From: Planctomycetales bacterium
GTDB taxonomy: Bacteria; 4484-113
Assembly: GCA_037441675.1 (NCBI GenBank)
Contig: JBBIRS010000006.1
Span: 55,458 to 119,457 of the forward strand
Direction: 5' to 3'
Length of the DNA stretch: 64,000 nucleotides
This document shows, piece by piece, positions 1-9,752 of the stretch. Numbering within the stretch: the stretch's first letter is position 1; the number at the start of each line of letters is the position of its first letter. The notes under the pieces are model-generated. The model saw only the letters and a program-made list of their open reading frames with translations, had not been told where the DNA came from and made no database searches. Made by a program: the position numbers and the translations under genes.

Positions 1-185
1 GGTCATATCCTTATCTCTTGACATAGCCTGTACGCAACGCACATTTTCCCCTGCGCCTCCTCATCTCTTCCAAGATCCCCTATCGCTACCACCAGTTTAT
101 CGTATCCTAACGCAAAAGGTTTCATCAATGATTTTAATTACTTTATTTCCCCTTATTTCTAGCAAGGGTGAAAATTTTTCTTCCT

Positions 186-371
186 TTAAAACGTAATAAA
201 ACTCAGAGTAACCATGATAATAGCCATAATAGCTATTCCAACACCTAATCCGCTCAAAACTGCCAAGCCCAAATATGGTATAGAGTGATTCCAAGCTAGA
301 TAAACAGATAGGCTTATTAAAGCTAAAAAATAAATACCCCACCCATAATCCTTTAATTTCTCATAATTCAT
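186..371 (-). CDS. small 2-TM membrane protein, possibly a fragment of a decayed gene
   Basis: ATG at 371 (MNYEKLKDYGWG...), two hydrophobic segments; no recognisable family. Confidence 0.35.
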   Translation of the reverse strand: MNYEKLKDYGWGIYFLALISLSVYLAWNHSIPYLGLAVLSGLGVGIAIMAIIMVTLSFITF

Positions 372-390
372 TGTTTTGCTCCATCTTCCC

Positions 391-684
391 TCATACAAAG
401 CTCACTTCAGCGAGAATTTTGTCCCTAAGCTCCTCCATTAGCCCCATCCTTGTTACGATATCAACCTTTCTACCAAGCTCGCGTTCTAAAAGCGACGCAA
501 GTCCGAGAGAGTCAAACAACTCCGCCTCTTCAGTGAAATCAACAAGAATAACAATATCGCTTCCCTCCTAAGCCTCTGCTCGGACGAAAGAGCCGAAAAG
601 CCAAATTACTCTCGCCTTATAGGTCGCGCAAGCCTCATCTTTAAACGCCTTCAGCTATTCAAGTATATCTTCACTCGTAAGCAT
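391..684 (-). pseudogene. MntA-type minimal nucleotidyltransferase (antitoxin) pseudogene
   Basis: Manual translation MLTSEDILE*LKAFKDE...IWLFGSFVRAEA*EGSDIVILVDF...LERELGRKVDIV...; in-frame TAG at 655-657 and 568-570; GS...DxD motif degraded to SDIV; no HEPN partner seen. Confidence 0.8.
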
Positions 685-722
685 ATCTCAAATGATACTA
701 AAAAAGTATCTTAGAAGCTAAT

Positions 723-1187
723 TTATCCAAGCCTCTCCTTTGGCGAACTTCTTTTGTCCGCTATAGGGATCTTCTCGCACCTCTTATCAATTCGCATTAT
801 CAGCGCTTCGATGCAGGCGCGTTTTTCCAAAACTGCCTGCAAACGGTTGTAGAATTCCATGCTAAGGTTCATTCCGAATGGGCTTGTAGCCACGTTCACG
901 CCGTCCACCGCAGTATCAATTATCGGGCGGAAAAACAACATCAGCTGGCTCCCAAGATATCCCATTGGGCGCATACTCTCAAGAAAAACGATAGCGGGCA
1001 CCGCCATTCCCGCGCGCACTACGCGCTCCGCTAGAATCTCCAGCGTTTCAAGTTCCTCCGCGCTTAGTTCATCCTCAGTGCCTTTTTCCACCTTGAAGGC
1101 ATGAGCAAGGCCGTTTAGAAAGTTTCTCCAGAAGCCATGTTTGCCTTTGTCGCTCCAATTAGACCTTGTTTCTGATTTCGCCTTCAT
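723..1187 (-). CDS. hypothetical protein
   Basis: ORF 723..1229; ATG at 1187 after a purine-rich RBS; protein-like helical sequence (LAERVVRAGMAVPAIVFLESMRP). Confidence 0.65.
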   Translation of the reverse strand: MKAKSETRSNWSDKGKHGFWRNFLNGLAHAFKVEKGTEDELSAEELETLEILAERVVRAGMAVPAIVFLESMRPMGYLGSQLMLFFRPIIDTAVDGVNVATSPFGMNLSMEFYNRLQAVLEKRACIEALIMRIDKRCEKIPIADKRSSPKERLG

Positions 1188-1379
1188 CCTTCTGCCTCTG
1201 AGTATAGTATAGATAGGTTTCACAGACAAGAAAGCCCAGGCGTAACAACGTTTCTTGCCATTCTATATAATGTTTCCAAAGAGACCCTCTAATAAATCTA
1301 AATCTAATGTTAATCAAAGAGTCATTTTTATTAGCGTCTAGGTTATAATTTGAAATTGTTTTCAGGAGGTGATCTTAGA

Positions 1380-2229
1380 ATGGATAAGGGTGAAAGCTGA
1401 GGTGAGAAGCGACCCAAGAAAGTAGATATTCTGCGCCTGGAAAAGCGTGGACAACCAAATATTAGGCAAAGATTAGAGAATGCTGTATTAACTTCACTGC
1501 CTCATAGGAGAGCGAGAAAAAATGGAAATGAATAGACCATTACTAAAGCCATGGATGAGGGTGTGGATTCAACTGAGAAGAGTGTTACATCTTCAGATGC
1601 GAGTTCTACTCGTTCTACTTTTGCCCCGGCTGAACTTGAATACACAACAGAGCCGATTCTAAAGAGCGCAATTCGACTGAAGAGCAAGCTACAAGACCTT
1701 GAGGTGGATGAGAGATTCTTAAGGGGGAATTCACATTTAGACCGATCTGCGGATTGTATATCTTGAAAGTTGCCCTTTTGCCCTTCATTCCGCTACCATT
1801 AATCGCCTTCTTCTATTCGATCCTCGCAGGTGCGCCAAGTTGATTCTGGATGGTTAGTCTCGTTAACATCTTTCTCTTTCCACTTTACGCTGTCTATATG
1901 TTCGTAGCTCTTACTTACACAAATTACGATTCTCCTTGGTTAGTTGCTGGACATCTTGAACTTCTATCACAAAATGGACTAATTGTTCCCCTCCTTTACG
2001 CTCTGGTTCTGTTAATTGTTTTTGTCGCCTCATGGCTGATAGGTTGAAGACGTAGATGGGATATTTAGAATTCGCAAGCTTTGCGGAATTCAGGGAAGTT
2101 GAGGACCGCTATCAATTGGTCGGTATTGCTTTATTCTGCCTGTTTGTGTTTTTTACAGTTGGCTCGCTCGCCCTGAGCAATATACCTGACATTTTTAACT
2201 ACATTTTTGGCTTGGAGTTCAAACCCTAA
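1380..2229 (+). pseudogene. decayed membrane protein gene (hydrophilic N-terminus, multi-TM C-terminus)
   Basis: AGGAGG RBS and ATG at 1380, in frame with ORF 1551..1766 through two stops; continues by frameshifts into hydrophobic segments (YILKVALLPF..., 1850..2047, ...LVGIALFCLFVFF...FKP*). Confidence 0.55.
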
Positions 2230-2272
2230 TTAAAATGTGTGTTGTTAGTGCTATTAATTGTTTCGCTAAGGA

Positions 2273-2312
2273 AGAAAAAAAGAAGGTGGACGGCTAAAAT
2301 CCGCCCACCTTC
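2273..2312 (-). terminator. rho-independent terminator of the 2335..5982 gene
   Basis: Minus strand GAAGGTGGGCGG-ATTTTAG-CCGTCCACCTTC hairpin followed by a T-run, just past the stop. Confidence 0.8.
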
Positions 2313-2334
2313 ACTAAATTCAGTTTAGATTTCC

Positions 2335-5300
2335 TTAACCGTTCTTTCTGGAAAAGACTGGGAATGATAGGCCTGCGTCATCAGTAAAGCCGTAAACGAC
2401 CGCCGGTTGACCTGCAACTTCCATTAGGAAGCAATACTGACCTGAGATGTCGGTAGTTCGGTCAACCCACTCAACGCTCCATGTTCCCGAGCCATCCGCA
2501 GCTGAGTTAACGAGATATACTAAGTTCTCGGTGGAATCATCCGCACCACGATAAGCGGAGATTGCTGGTAAACCGCCAACAATAGCGAGGGAGACAAAGT
2601 CGTTAAAGCCGGGGTAGAAGAGCTCAGTCTTGGTCCAGTTCGGTGTCAGGCCATCTGCGGTTGTTGCTCTGGCGAAGTAAAGTTTGCCGGTTTGCCTGTC
2701 AATATAAGCGCCAGCAGGTCTTCCGGATACTACCGCTAGAGAGCACGCGTTGAATGTGGCGCCAGCGGTTGTGTCAACATCAACGGTTGTCCAAGTCCCA
2801 AGACCATCCGCCTGGGAGTTTCTAGCGTAACGAACGATAGGACTGATATCTCCAGTGTAAAGTACTGCGGGATTACCACCGACAATCGCAAGACTTACGG
2901 AGCTGAAAGTGTCGGAGCTGTCTATAATTCCCAATTGCCAAGTCCCCAAGCCATCTGTTGTGTTGCTTTTTGCGTAAGCGACATTCCCATTATTGTTAAT
3001 ATAAGCGACAAATGGAGCCCCTCCAGCTATACCGAGAGAATAACTGGCGCCCAAGTTTCCTTCGGCCGAACCTGTTATGTTTGCCGAACTCCAGCTCCCA
3101 GATCCATCTGGCTGAGAGCTCTTCATAAACCTTATCTGGAACGCGGGCGGGCGAGAACCAATGTTATGCAAGTAAACAAATGCAGGAGTGGTTTCAACGA
3201 TTGCAAGATTTGAAACAGGGGATGAAGAGTTTGCTGGATCGCCACTATTAGTAATTTGCTGAGGTGCGCTCCAGGCGCCGGAGCCATCCGAATTAGCGTT
3301 ACGAGAGTAGAATATCTCATACGGACCCATATCTGATAGTGCAATATGTATTATCGCTGGGTTCCCATTTGCTATTGCCATAGACGTGAAAATTCCGCCA
3401 TCTCCTTGATTATCAACCACACTTCTAGACCAATTTGTTCCCAGCGTTTTTAACTCAACATCCATTGCATAATCGTAGTTCGTGGAAACTCCTGTAATGC
3501 TCGCTCTTATGTACCAAGTTCCGCTAGATTCAACAGGCCATTCAAGGATTTGAATGCCATTCGTAACACGATACGAAGTAGCTATCGTTTGGTCAGAGGA
3601 GTTTCTCACTCTTAGCCTTATCGCGTTACCTAGATCGCCTGCGTTTGGATCATAATCTGCTCTCGCAAGGAGAATCTGACCAACGGATGCAGTAAAGGTG
3701 AAGTAATCCCAAGTCCCACCATCGTAACCACCGGTTCCGAGGTTCGCTAGGAAATCCGTTTCGGGCAGTGTAAAGAGATTGGCCTCACCAAGAGAGTTGT
3801 TAGGCTCAGTTTCGTCATAGCCAACGGTGAAGTTAAAAGTTTCGTCAGCATCTGGGAGAATACCGTTGGAAACTTGAAGCCGAATCGGATAAGTTCCAAA
3901 GACGTTAGGCACTGTAATATCTGGAGCGGTAACAGTGTCTCCACTGCCTGAGTAAGTTTCAGGACTAAAGCCATCTCCCGGATTTCCAAAAGTCCAAGTA
4001 TAGTTAAACGGAGTTGTTCCGGTAACTTGAGCGGAGAAATCAACTGTTTGACCAGCGCCTGCGCTTAGCGGAGATATACTGATTATTTCTGGCGGGAAGC
4101 CTGTGCTAGCAATGGAGTAGCTGAAGTTAACAATTGTGGTTCCATAGTTATTGGTAATTGCGACTGTGCCATTGCGAGGCCCAGGAGTTCCGGTAATAGT
4201 AACAGTCGTTTGTGAGTCAGATTCTGATGGCGCGGAAGGATTTGCCCAGTCACCATTGCTGTCGGAGAAATTCCAAGTGTAGTTTAAGAAGGGACCAGTG
4301 CCAACCGCGCTAGCAGTAAATGTAACCTCTGTTCCTTGCTCAGCGGTTGGTGGGTTACCCATGACATTGCCATTAAAGGGCCGATAACCAACGTCTATAT
4401 TGAAATTCACAGGACCAGCACTGCCAAAGGGATTTGATACGCTCAATGAACCCGTGTCAGTTCCTTCGTTTACTCCGACGACTGATGGTTGTCTCTCATT
4501 GGAACTAGAGGGATTGCACAGCGTTCCAAACTGCCAGTTAAAGGTTAAAGGTTCACTACCGCTAACATCGGCGGAGATATTTCGCGCTGGGTCTGGGATT
4601 GAAACAATAAATGGATCAGGAGTAATACTGTCAATTAGCGGAGGTTCTCCTGGGTTTACCCTGAAGTCAATGGTCATTTCGTCAGTCAGGCTGTTTTTGT
4701 CAGAAACCTGAAGACTAACCTGATAATCACCAGGTGCTCCTAGCGTTGCGGTAGGTCGCTCAATTGTTGGGTTGTCCACAGTCCAACTAACTGGGAAAGT
4801 CCACTGGAAAGCGTAAGGCGGTGTCCCACCTATGACTGTCGGAGTAAACTGAACGTCAGACAGTTCAGTTCCACTTTGCGGTTGAATGTCAGTGATATCA
4901 GGAGGTGTTAGAAGCAGTACGTCAAATGGGAATGTCTCTGTGTCACTTAATCCGCTCGCATCCGTCACTTCAAGGGTGATGGCGTAAGTATTGGGATCAG
5001 TTGGCACAACGATGCCAGGTGCGGTAACGGTATCACCACTGGCGGAGTAAGTTTCAGGGTTGAAGCCATCTCCGGGCGATCCAAATGTCCAGTTGAAGTT
5101 AAAGGGTGGAGTTCCTGTAACATCAGCGGTGAAGTCTATAACCTGACCAGGGCTACCTGAGCTTGGGCTGATTGAGTTGATCTCAGGACCAATTGGAGAG
5201 GGTTCGATCAGATACTCGTTTGAGCGTATAGTCTCGTCACTTACCCCTGTTGCATCAAATGGAATTACACTAACATACACTGGAACTGTTGGGGGAGTAA

Positions 5301-5982
5301 CTTCAACTTCTTTGAGGAATATATCTCTTCCCTCTGGAATAACTGACCTTTCAGCAAAAGTAACATCTACAATGTCAGTATAAGTTGTTGAACCATCCTC
5401 GCGCATTTGAATTTTGTATCCGTCCACCTTTCTTCTGAAATTTGATGCAAGTGGCGCTACTTCTCTAATATCCACAACTTTGTCATTGTTGTAGTCCGCA
5501 AGTTCTGCCATTGGATTGTCCGAGGGGTTATCATATCTGCCAAAGAAGTTATCAGCTATTGGTTTTACATCACGAATATCAACGACTCCATCTTCGGTTC
5601 CATCACCTTGATTTTGATAGCTCCATTGAAGCGACCACTGCCCAGGGGCTAAGACTGTTACGGTTAGGTCGTCAACCTTACTACCGTTTCCAACTGGTGG
5701 CGCGGATACCGTTTTGGAATTCAGAGAAATGCCATTTCTGACTAACTGATAAATAAGTTCTTCTTTCAGTTCCTTAAATAATTTCTCGTCCACACCTGAT
5801 GGAGTTTCCGCTTTCATTATTTCTTCGCCGATGGTTAATTCGGTTTGGAAAATAGGCGGGAGGGGGCGAGGGGTTGACAAAGATTTGGTGCCACTTGAAC
5901 CACCACAGCTTCCTGCAAAAATAAAAATTGTGAGGGCTGTCACAATTAGCGCATAAGTTGCTACTTTTTGTTTTGAATACAT
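2335..5982 (-). CDS. large lipoprotein: shared N-terminal module with dockerin-like repeats + 5 PKD/Ig-like repeats + PPC-like domain + 7-repeat beta-propeller-like C-terminus
   Basis: Lipobox-like FAGSC; GDGTEDGVVDIRD / DYNNDKVVDIRE repeats; five PKD-like units (F/Y-x-W-x-F); DETEPNNS...WDYFTF PPC-like segment; seven SxAIVxGxPA...YA(R/K)...DGxGxW repeats. Confidence 0.85.
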   Translation of the reverse strand: MYSKQKVATYALIVTALTIFIFAGSCGGSSGTKSLSTPRPLPPIFQTELTIGEEIMKAETPSGVDEKLFKELKEELIYQLVRNGISLNSKTVSAPPVGNGSKVDDLTVTVLAPGQWSLQWSYQNQGDGTEDGVVDIRDVKPIADNFFGRYDNPSDNPMAELADYNNDKVVDIREVAPLASNFRRKVDGYKIQMREDGSTTYTDIVDVTFAERSVIPEGRDIFLKEVEVTPPTVPVYVSVIPFDATGVSDETIRSNEYLIEPSPIGPEINSISPSSGSPGQVIDFTADVTGTPPFNFNWTFGSPGDGFNPETYSASGDTVTAPGIVVPTDPNTYAITLEVTDASGLSDTETFPFDVLLLTPPDITDIQPQSGTELSDVQFTPTVIGGTPPYAFQWTFPVSWTVDNPTIERPTATLGAPGDYQVSLQVSDKNSLTDEMTIDFRVNPGEPPLIDSITPDPFIVSIPDPARNISADVSGSEPLTFNWQFGTLCNPSSSNERQPSVVGVNEGTDTGSLSVSNPFGSAGPVNFNIDVGYRPFNGNVMGNPPTAEQGTEVTFTASAVGTGPFLNYTWNFSDSNGDWANPSAPSESDSQTTVTITGTPGPRNGTVAITNNYGTTIVNFSYSIASTGFPPEIISISPLSAGAGQTVDFSAQVTGTTPFNYTWTFGNPGDGFSPETYSGSGDTVTAPDITVPNVFGTYPIRLQVSNGILPDADETFNFTVGYDETEPNNSLGEANLFTLPETDFLANLGTGGYDGGTWDYFTFTASVGQILLARADYDPNAGDLGNAIRLRVRNSSDQTIATSYRVTNGIQILEWPVESSGTWYIRASITGVSTNYDYAMDVELKTLGTNWSRSVVDNQGDGGIFTSMAIANGNPAIIHIALSDMGPYEIFYSRNANSDGSGAWSAPQQITNSGDPANSSSPVSNLAIVETTPAFVYLHNIGSRPPAFQIRFMKSSQPDGSGSWSSANITGSAEGNLGASYSLGIAGGAPFVAYINNNGNVAYAKSNTTDGLGTWQLGIIDSSDTFSSVSLAIVGGNPAVLYTGDISPIVRYARNSQADGLGTWTTVDVDTTAGATFNACSLAVVSGRPAGAYIDRQTGKLYFARATTADGLTPNWTKTELFYPGFNDFVSLAIVGGLPAISAYRGADDSTENLVYLVNSAADGSGTWSVEWVDRTTDISGQYCFLMEVAGQPAVVYGFTDDAGLSFPVFSRKNG

Positions 5983-6167
5983 TTATTTCCTCCTCTAAAC
6001 GAATTGATCCGTCCCTTCTGGTAGCTATTCCCCTAGTCAATATTATAACTCAAAATTCAGAAATGAAAATCAAGGTTCTTGGATTATAACCGAAACGAGA
6101 TAACAGGAAAGCTCACCTTTAATTTGAAATGCTAGCTTCTTCACAAGTTAGCACCTGAGAAGTAAAC

Positions 6168-8615
6168 CTAATTTATGAGCTCTGAGCTGACATCCATGCT
6201 GTAATCCGTGGTAGGACCGCTACGGTAGAAGCACCTTATATAGTATCTGCCATCAGCATCAACGTCCCATTGAAGTTCCTGTAAGCCATCTCCGACTATT
6301 ATCCCATCAGCTTTCACTACTCCGCCGGAGTCAAGTAGACGGAAGCCGAAATCCGTATCCGAATTATACTCAATAGTTGCAGTTAATCTTTGCCCTACTA
6401 ATAAATCAACGAAAAAGTAATCGTTTTCATCACCATCGTATCCGCCAGGTCCGAGATTACCCCAGAAATCAACCACCGGCAGAGTTGGTAGAGCGTTTGC
6501 CTGGCTAGGCAGATCATTGTTCTCTATTTCGTTATAAAGAATTGTGAGTGTGAAATTATAATTTGCGGTCCCGACAGAGTTTGAAACGGTGAGCAATGAA
6601 TTATAGCGCCCTGGATAAAGAAGCCTAATAGAGGCGGTCACAGTGTCAGAATTTCCTGATACTATCAGTGGTTCCGTTCCGCCACCAAAGTCCCAAGTGA
6701 AATCATATGGTGGGTCACCAGTAACGCTAGCGGTGAGACTAAGTTCTTCTCCCGCCCTGCCGGATTTTGGTGTTACGTTTAGTATGCTTGGTGGTAGCAG
6801 AACTTTTTCAGTAATTTGGAATGTAAAAGCTAATATGTCAGTATCAAAGATATTTCCAATCAAAAGCCATCCGGCGTAAACGTCCGCGAGAGCGGTTAAA
6901 GTCACCTCGGGACTTTCTTCTATGCTTGCTTCAGGTTCAGCCCATCCGCTAAAGTTCCAGATGTAATAGATAGGTAAACTACCAGTAGTTCTTGCGCTAA
7001 ACGTTACTATTGAATCTTTAACACCGCTGGTAGGCGATATGTCAATTATTTGCGGACGATAACCAACATTTATCGCAAAGTTTTTGCGTGCAGTGCCTAG
7101 AGGGTTTCTAACCTCTACATAAGCGCTATAAAAACCAGGGAAAGTCGGCTCGACCCTAGGAAACTTCTCGGTGGAAGTGTTAGGTGTAGCTGCCCCACCG
7201 AAATTCCAGTTGTATGTGAGTGGCTCTACACCTTCCGCCTCAACAGAGAATCGCGCCTCCTCAAACATAGGCAAGTTTGCTGGTGAAGGAGAAATACTGA
7301 GAATTCTTGGTCGCTCACCAAATACTACCTTTACCTGTGTTTTAAAGGTATCAACTCCAAGCTCGTTAGAAACAGTTAGCTGAACAGAATAATTCCCAGG
7401 CTCTGGAGTTGTTACCGTGGGGTTAGCCAAATTTGGATTATCTACCAAAAAGTTTTCTGGGAATTGCCACTCATATTCAAATGGCGGGTCCCCAGAAAGA
7501 ATGGCAGAAAAAGTAACGCTGGTTTGGTCATAGGTTTGAGTTGGACTTATTCCTAAAATTAGTGGCGCACCGCTTGGTTGGATGCGAAATCTTATCAAAA
7601 CGCTGTGCGAACCAAATGGATTGGTCACAGTTAAAGCAATGTTATAGTCTCTAGGGGTACTAAGCAAGACAGTTGGATGCGCCTCGCTTGATTCTGTTGG
7701 CTCCCATGTGCTAGGAAAGCCCCAACTATATGTCAAAGACTCTCCACCCACTACCTCAGCGGAAAAGGTAACTTCTTCGCTCTCTCTGCCAGAGGTTGGT
7801 GAAATCGCGAGAATTCTCGGAGCTCCTATGTAAACTGGATGAGAAGGTTCGCCAGAATTTCCTTCCACATCTATGGGAGTAACAAAAATACCAGTGCCTT
7901 CTGAGGGTAGGGTACCTGAGCGAAAGCTTGAGTTGGGCACATCTACAATAAAGTAGTCATTTCCAATACTGGGAGTTCTTTCATCAAAGGATACGCGGAC
8001 AAGTTCATAATTCTCTCCGTCCAAAGGATTTGACACGTAAACTAAATAGGCTGAAACACTTGCACGGAAATTCTGAGCCAGAGTCTTCACATCACTTATA
8101 TCAACCACTCCATCTAGGTTGTAATCTGCGACTCGGGCTAGCGGGTTATTTGAGGTTTTCAAGAAATTCTCAGCAATTGGGATTAGGTCGGAAAGATTCA
8201 CCACACCATCTTCTGTGCCATCGCCTTGATTTTTGTATGTCCACTTGAGCTGTATGGATTCATCATCATAAGCGATAATTTCCAGATCATTGACTTGATT
8301 TAAGATGCCGGTGGGGGCAACTTGAGTGCTTTTGACGCTATTAGAACCAGCCTGTTGGTAAATCTCTTTTATCAGCTCTTCTTTAAGTCGCTCAAATAAA
8401 TCTTTTCCTACTCCTTTTGGAGTTGGCAGTTCTATTATTTGATTGACAAGTTCCAGTTGAAGACTTGATTTGACTTCTTCATTTTTTTGGTTAGCGATTA
8501 ACTTCTTTTCTCCACTCGCAGAACAGCTTGCTAGCAGGAACAAAGAGAAGGTTATGAGAATGATTTCAAGAAATAATGAGGCTCTCAAATAATTAAATTT
8601 TTTCTCTGACCTCAC
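6168..8615 (-). CDS. lipoprotein paralog: shared N-terminal module + 5 PKD-like repeats + PPC-like domain
   Basis: Lipobox LLASC; GDGTEDGVVNLSD / DYNLDGVVDISD; five P-x-I-x2-(I/V)(S/T)P...YxWxF units; NEIENND...NDYFFV. Confidence 0.85.
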   Translation of the reverse strand: MRSEKKFNYLRASLFLEIILITFSLFLLASCSASGEKKLIANQKNEEVKSSLQLELVNQIIELPTPKGVGKDLFERLKEELIKEIYQQAGSNSVKSTQVAPTGILNQVNDLEIIAYDDESIQLKWTYKNQGDGTEDGVVNLSDLIPIAENFLKTSNNPLARVADYNLDGVVDISDVKTLAQNFRASVSAYLVYVSNPLDGENYELVRVSFDERTPSIGNDYFIVDVPNSSFRSGTLPSEGTGIFVTPIDVEGNSGEPSHPVYIGAPRILAISPTSGRESEEVTFSAEVVGGESLTYSWGFPSTWEPTESSEAHPTVLLSTPRDYNIALTVTNPFGSHSVLIRFRIQPSGAPLILGISPTQTYDQTSVTFSAILSGDPPFEYEWQFPENFLVDNPNLANPTVTTPEPGNYSVQLTVSNELGVDTFKTQVKVVFGERPRILSISPSPANLPMFEEARFSVEAEGVEPLTYNWNFGGAATPNTSTEKFPRVEPTFPGFYSAYVEVRNPLGTARKNFAINVGYRPQIIDISPTSGVKDSIVTFSARTTGSLPIYYIWNFSGWAEPEASIEESPEVTLTALADVYAGWLLIGNIFDTDILAFTFQITEKVLLPPSILNVTPKSGRAGEELSLTASVTGDPPYDFTWDFGGGTEPLIVSGNSDTVTASIRLLYPGRYNSLLTVSNSVGTANYNFTLTILYNEIENNDLPSQANALPTLPVVDFWGNLGPGGYDGDENDYFFVDLLVGQRLTATIEYNSDTDFGFRLLDSGGVVKADGIIVGDGLQELQWDVDADGRYYIRCFYRSGPTTDYSMDVSSELIN

Positions 8616-8909
8616 GCTTTCCTCCTCAATTTGTATTGAAGTTACTTATTAAACCACACTTAAATTGTAGCTTGAGAAGGCGGATTAAAGCAAGGAATTT
8701 CTAATTCGAATATTTTTTCGTCTATTTTTATGGCTAATTTGTCGCAATTTAGGAAAGAAGGAAAACCCTAGTGATTAATGACGGTGAACATCTACTAAAG
8801 AATTTATTCTCCCTAATCTAAAGAAGACCATTAAGAGAGAATCATAACAATGCTATCTCACTAGTTGTTGGCAGGCTGACGGGCAGGTGGTAGCTTCACT
8901 CCTCCATAG

Positions 8910-9164
8910 CTAGTTATCGGGAAGAACGCTGACAAATGTCTTTCCGTTTTCCTTTCTGAACTGAACCTTACCATCTTTTAATGCAAAGAGGGTAAAATCA
9001 CGACCAAGGCGGGTGCCCTCACCGGGGTAGAACTTCGTTCCCCTTTGACGGATTATAATCCCACCCGCTCGCACCTTTTGTCCACCATATACCTTCACCC
9101 CTAGACGTTGCCCAAGAGAGTCTCTTCCATTTCTACTGCTTCCAAGTCCCTTTTTATGTGCCAT
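8910..9164 (-). CDS. rpmA: 50S ribosomal protein L27
   Basis: [16 protein letters not shown]...RLGVK...IIIRQRGTK signature. Confidence 0.98.
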   Translation of the reverse strand: MAHKKGLGSSRNGRDSLGQRLGVKVYGGQKVRAGGIIIRQRGTKFYPGEGTRLGRDFTLFALKDGKVQFRKENGKTFVSVLPDN

Positions 9165-9201
9165 GTTGAATTCTCCTTTGAAATGTTAATGTTATTTTTT
9201 T

Positions 9202-9585
9202 CTATTCTTCCTTTGATTCTGCTTCTATTTCAAGCCCTTCTTGCGCTTTCTCAGGTTTCTTCGCTCCCTTTATAGCTATTTTTTCTACCTGAACAACGGT
9301 TATTTTGTCGCGATACCCTTTAGTTCGCCGATAGTTTTTCTTTGAGTGGTACTTGAACACCCGAATCTTTTTTCCCTTTGACTGCTCCACGGCTTTCAGG
9401 GTAACTTTCGCTTTATCCAAAGTGGGATTGCCAATAAGAACTTCTCCATCATCAGGGGCGAATAGGATTACCTTTTCCACGTCCAATCTTTGACCCACAG
9501 ACACCTTCTGATGTGGAAGTTCCAAGAGCTCTTTCTCACGAACGTGATACTGCTTACCAAGAAATTCAATTATTGCATAACTCAT
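9202..9585 (-). CDS. rplU: 50S ribosomal protein L21
   Basis: YAIIE..GKQYHV...KGKKIRVFKY..KKNYRRTKGYR; adjacent to rpmA. Confidence 0.97.
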   Translation of the reverse strand: MSYAIIEFLGKQYHVREKELLELPHQKVSVGQRLDVEKVILFAPDDGEVLIGNPTLDKAKVTLKAVEQSKGKKIRVFKYHSKKNYRRTKGYRDKITVVQVEKIAIKGAKKPEKAQEGLEIEAESKEE

Positions 9586-9752
9586 ATTAGAATTACTAGT
9601 TTAGCTTTTAAATTTGATAATGTCAATTATCATTACTCTTATGATTATGATTATTGTAAGAACGGAGTAAGCTCAATAGACGAGTAAATGAAATAGTATG
9701 AAAACATTAGCATTTTGAATGCAGTTTGAAGTTAAATATGTAACTATTACCT

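Noticed and set aside
2335..8615. CRISPR array or DGR template/variable repeats among the repeated segments
   Set aside because: The repeats are degenerate protein-domain repeats. I saw no regularly spaced identical DNA repeats, reverse transcriptase or cas genes.
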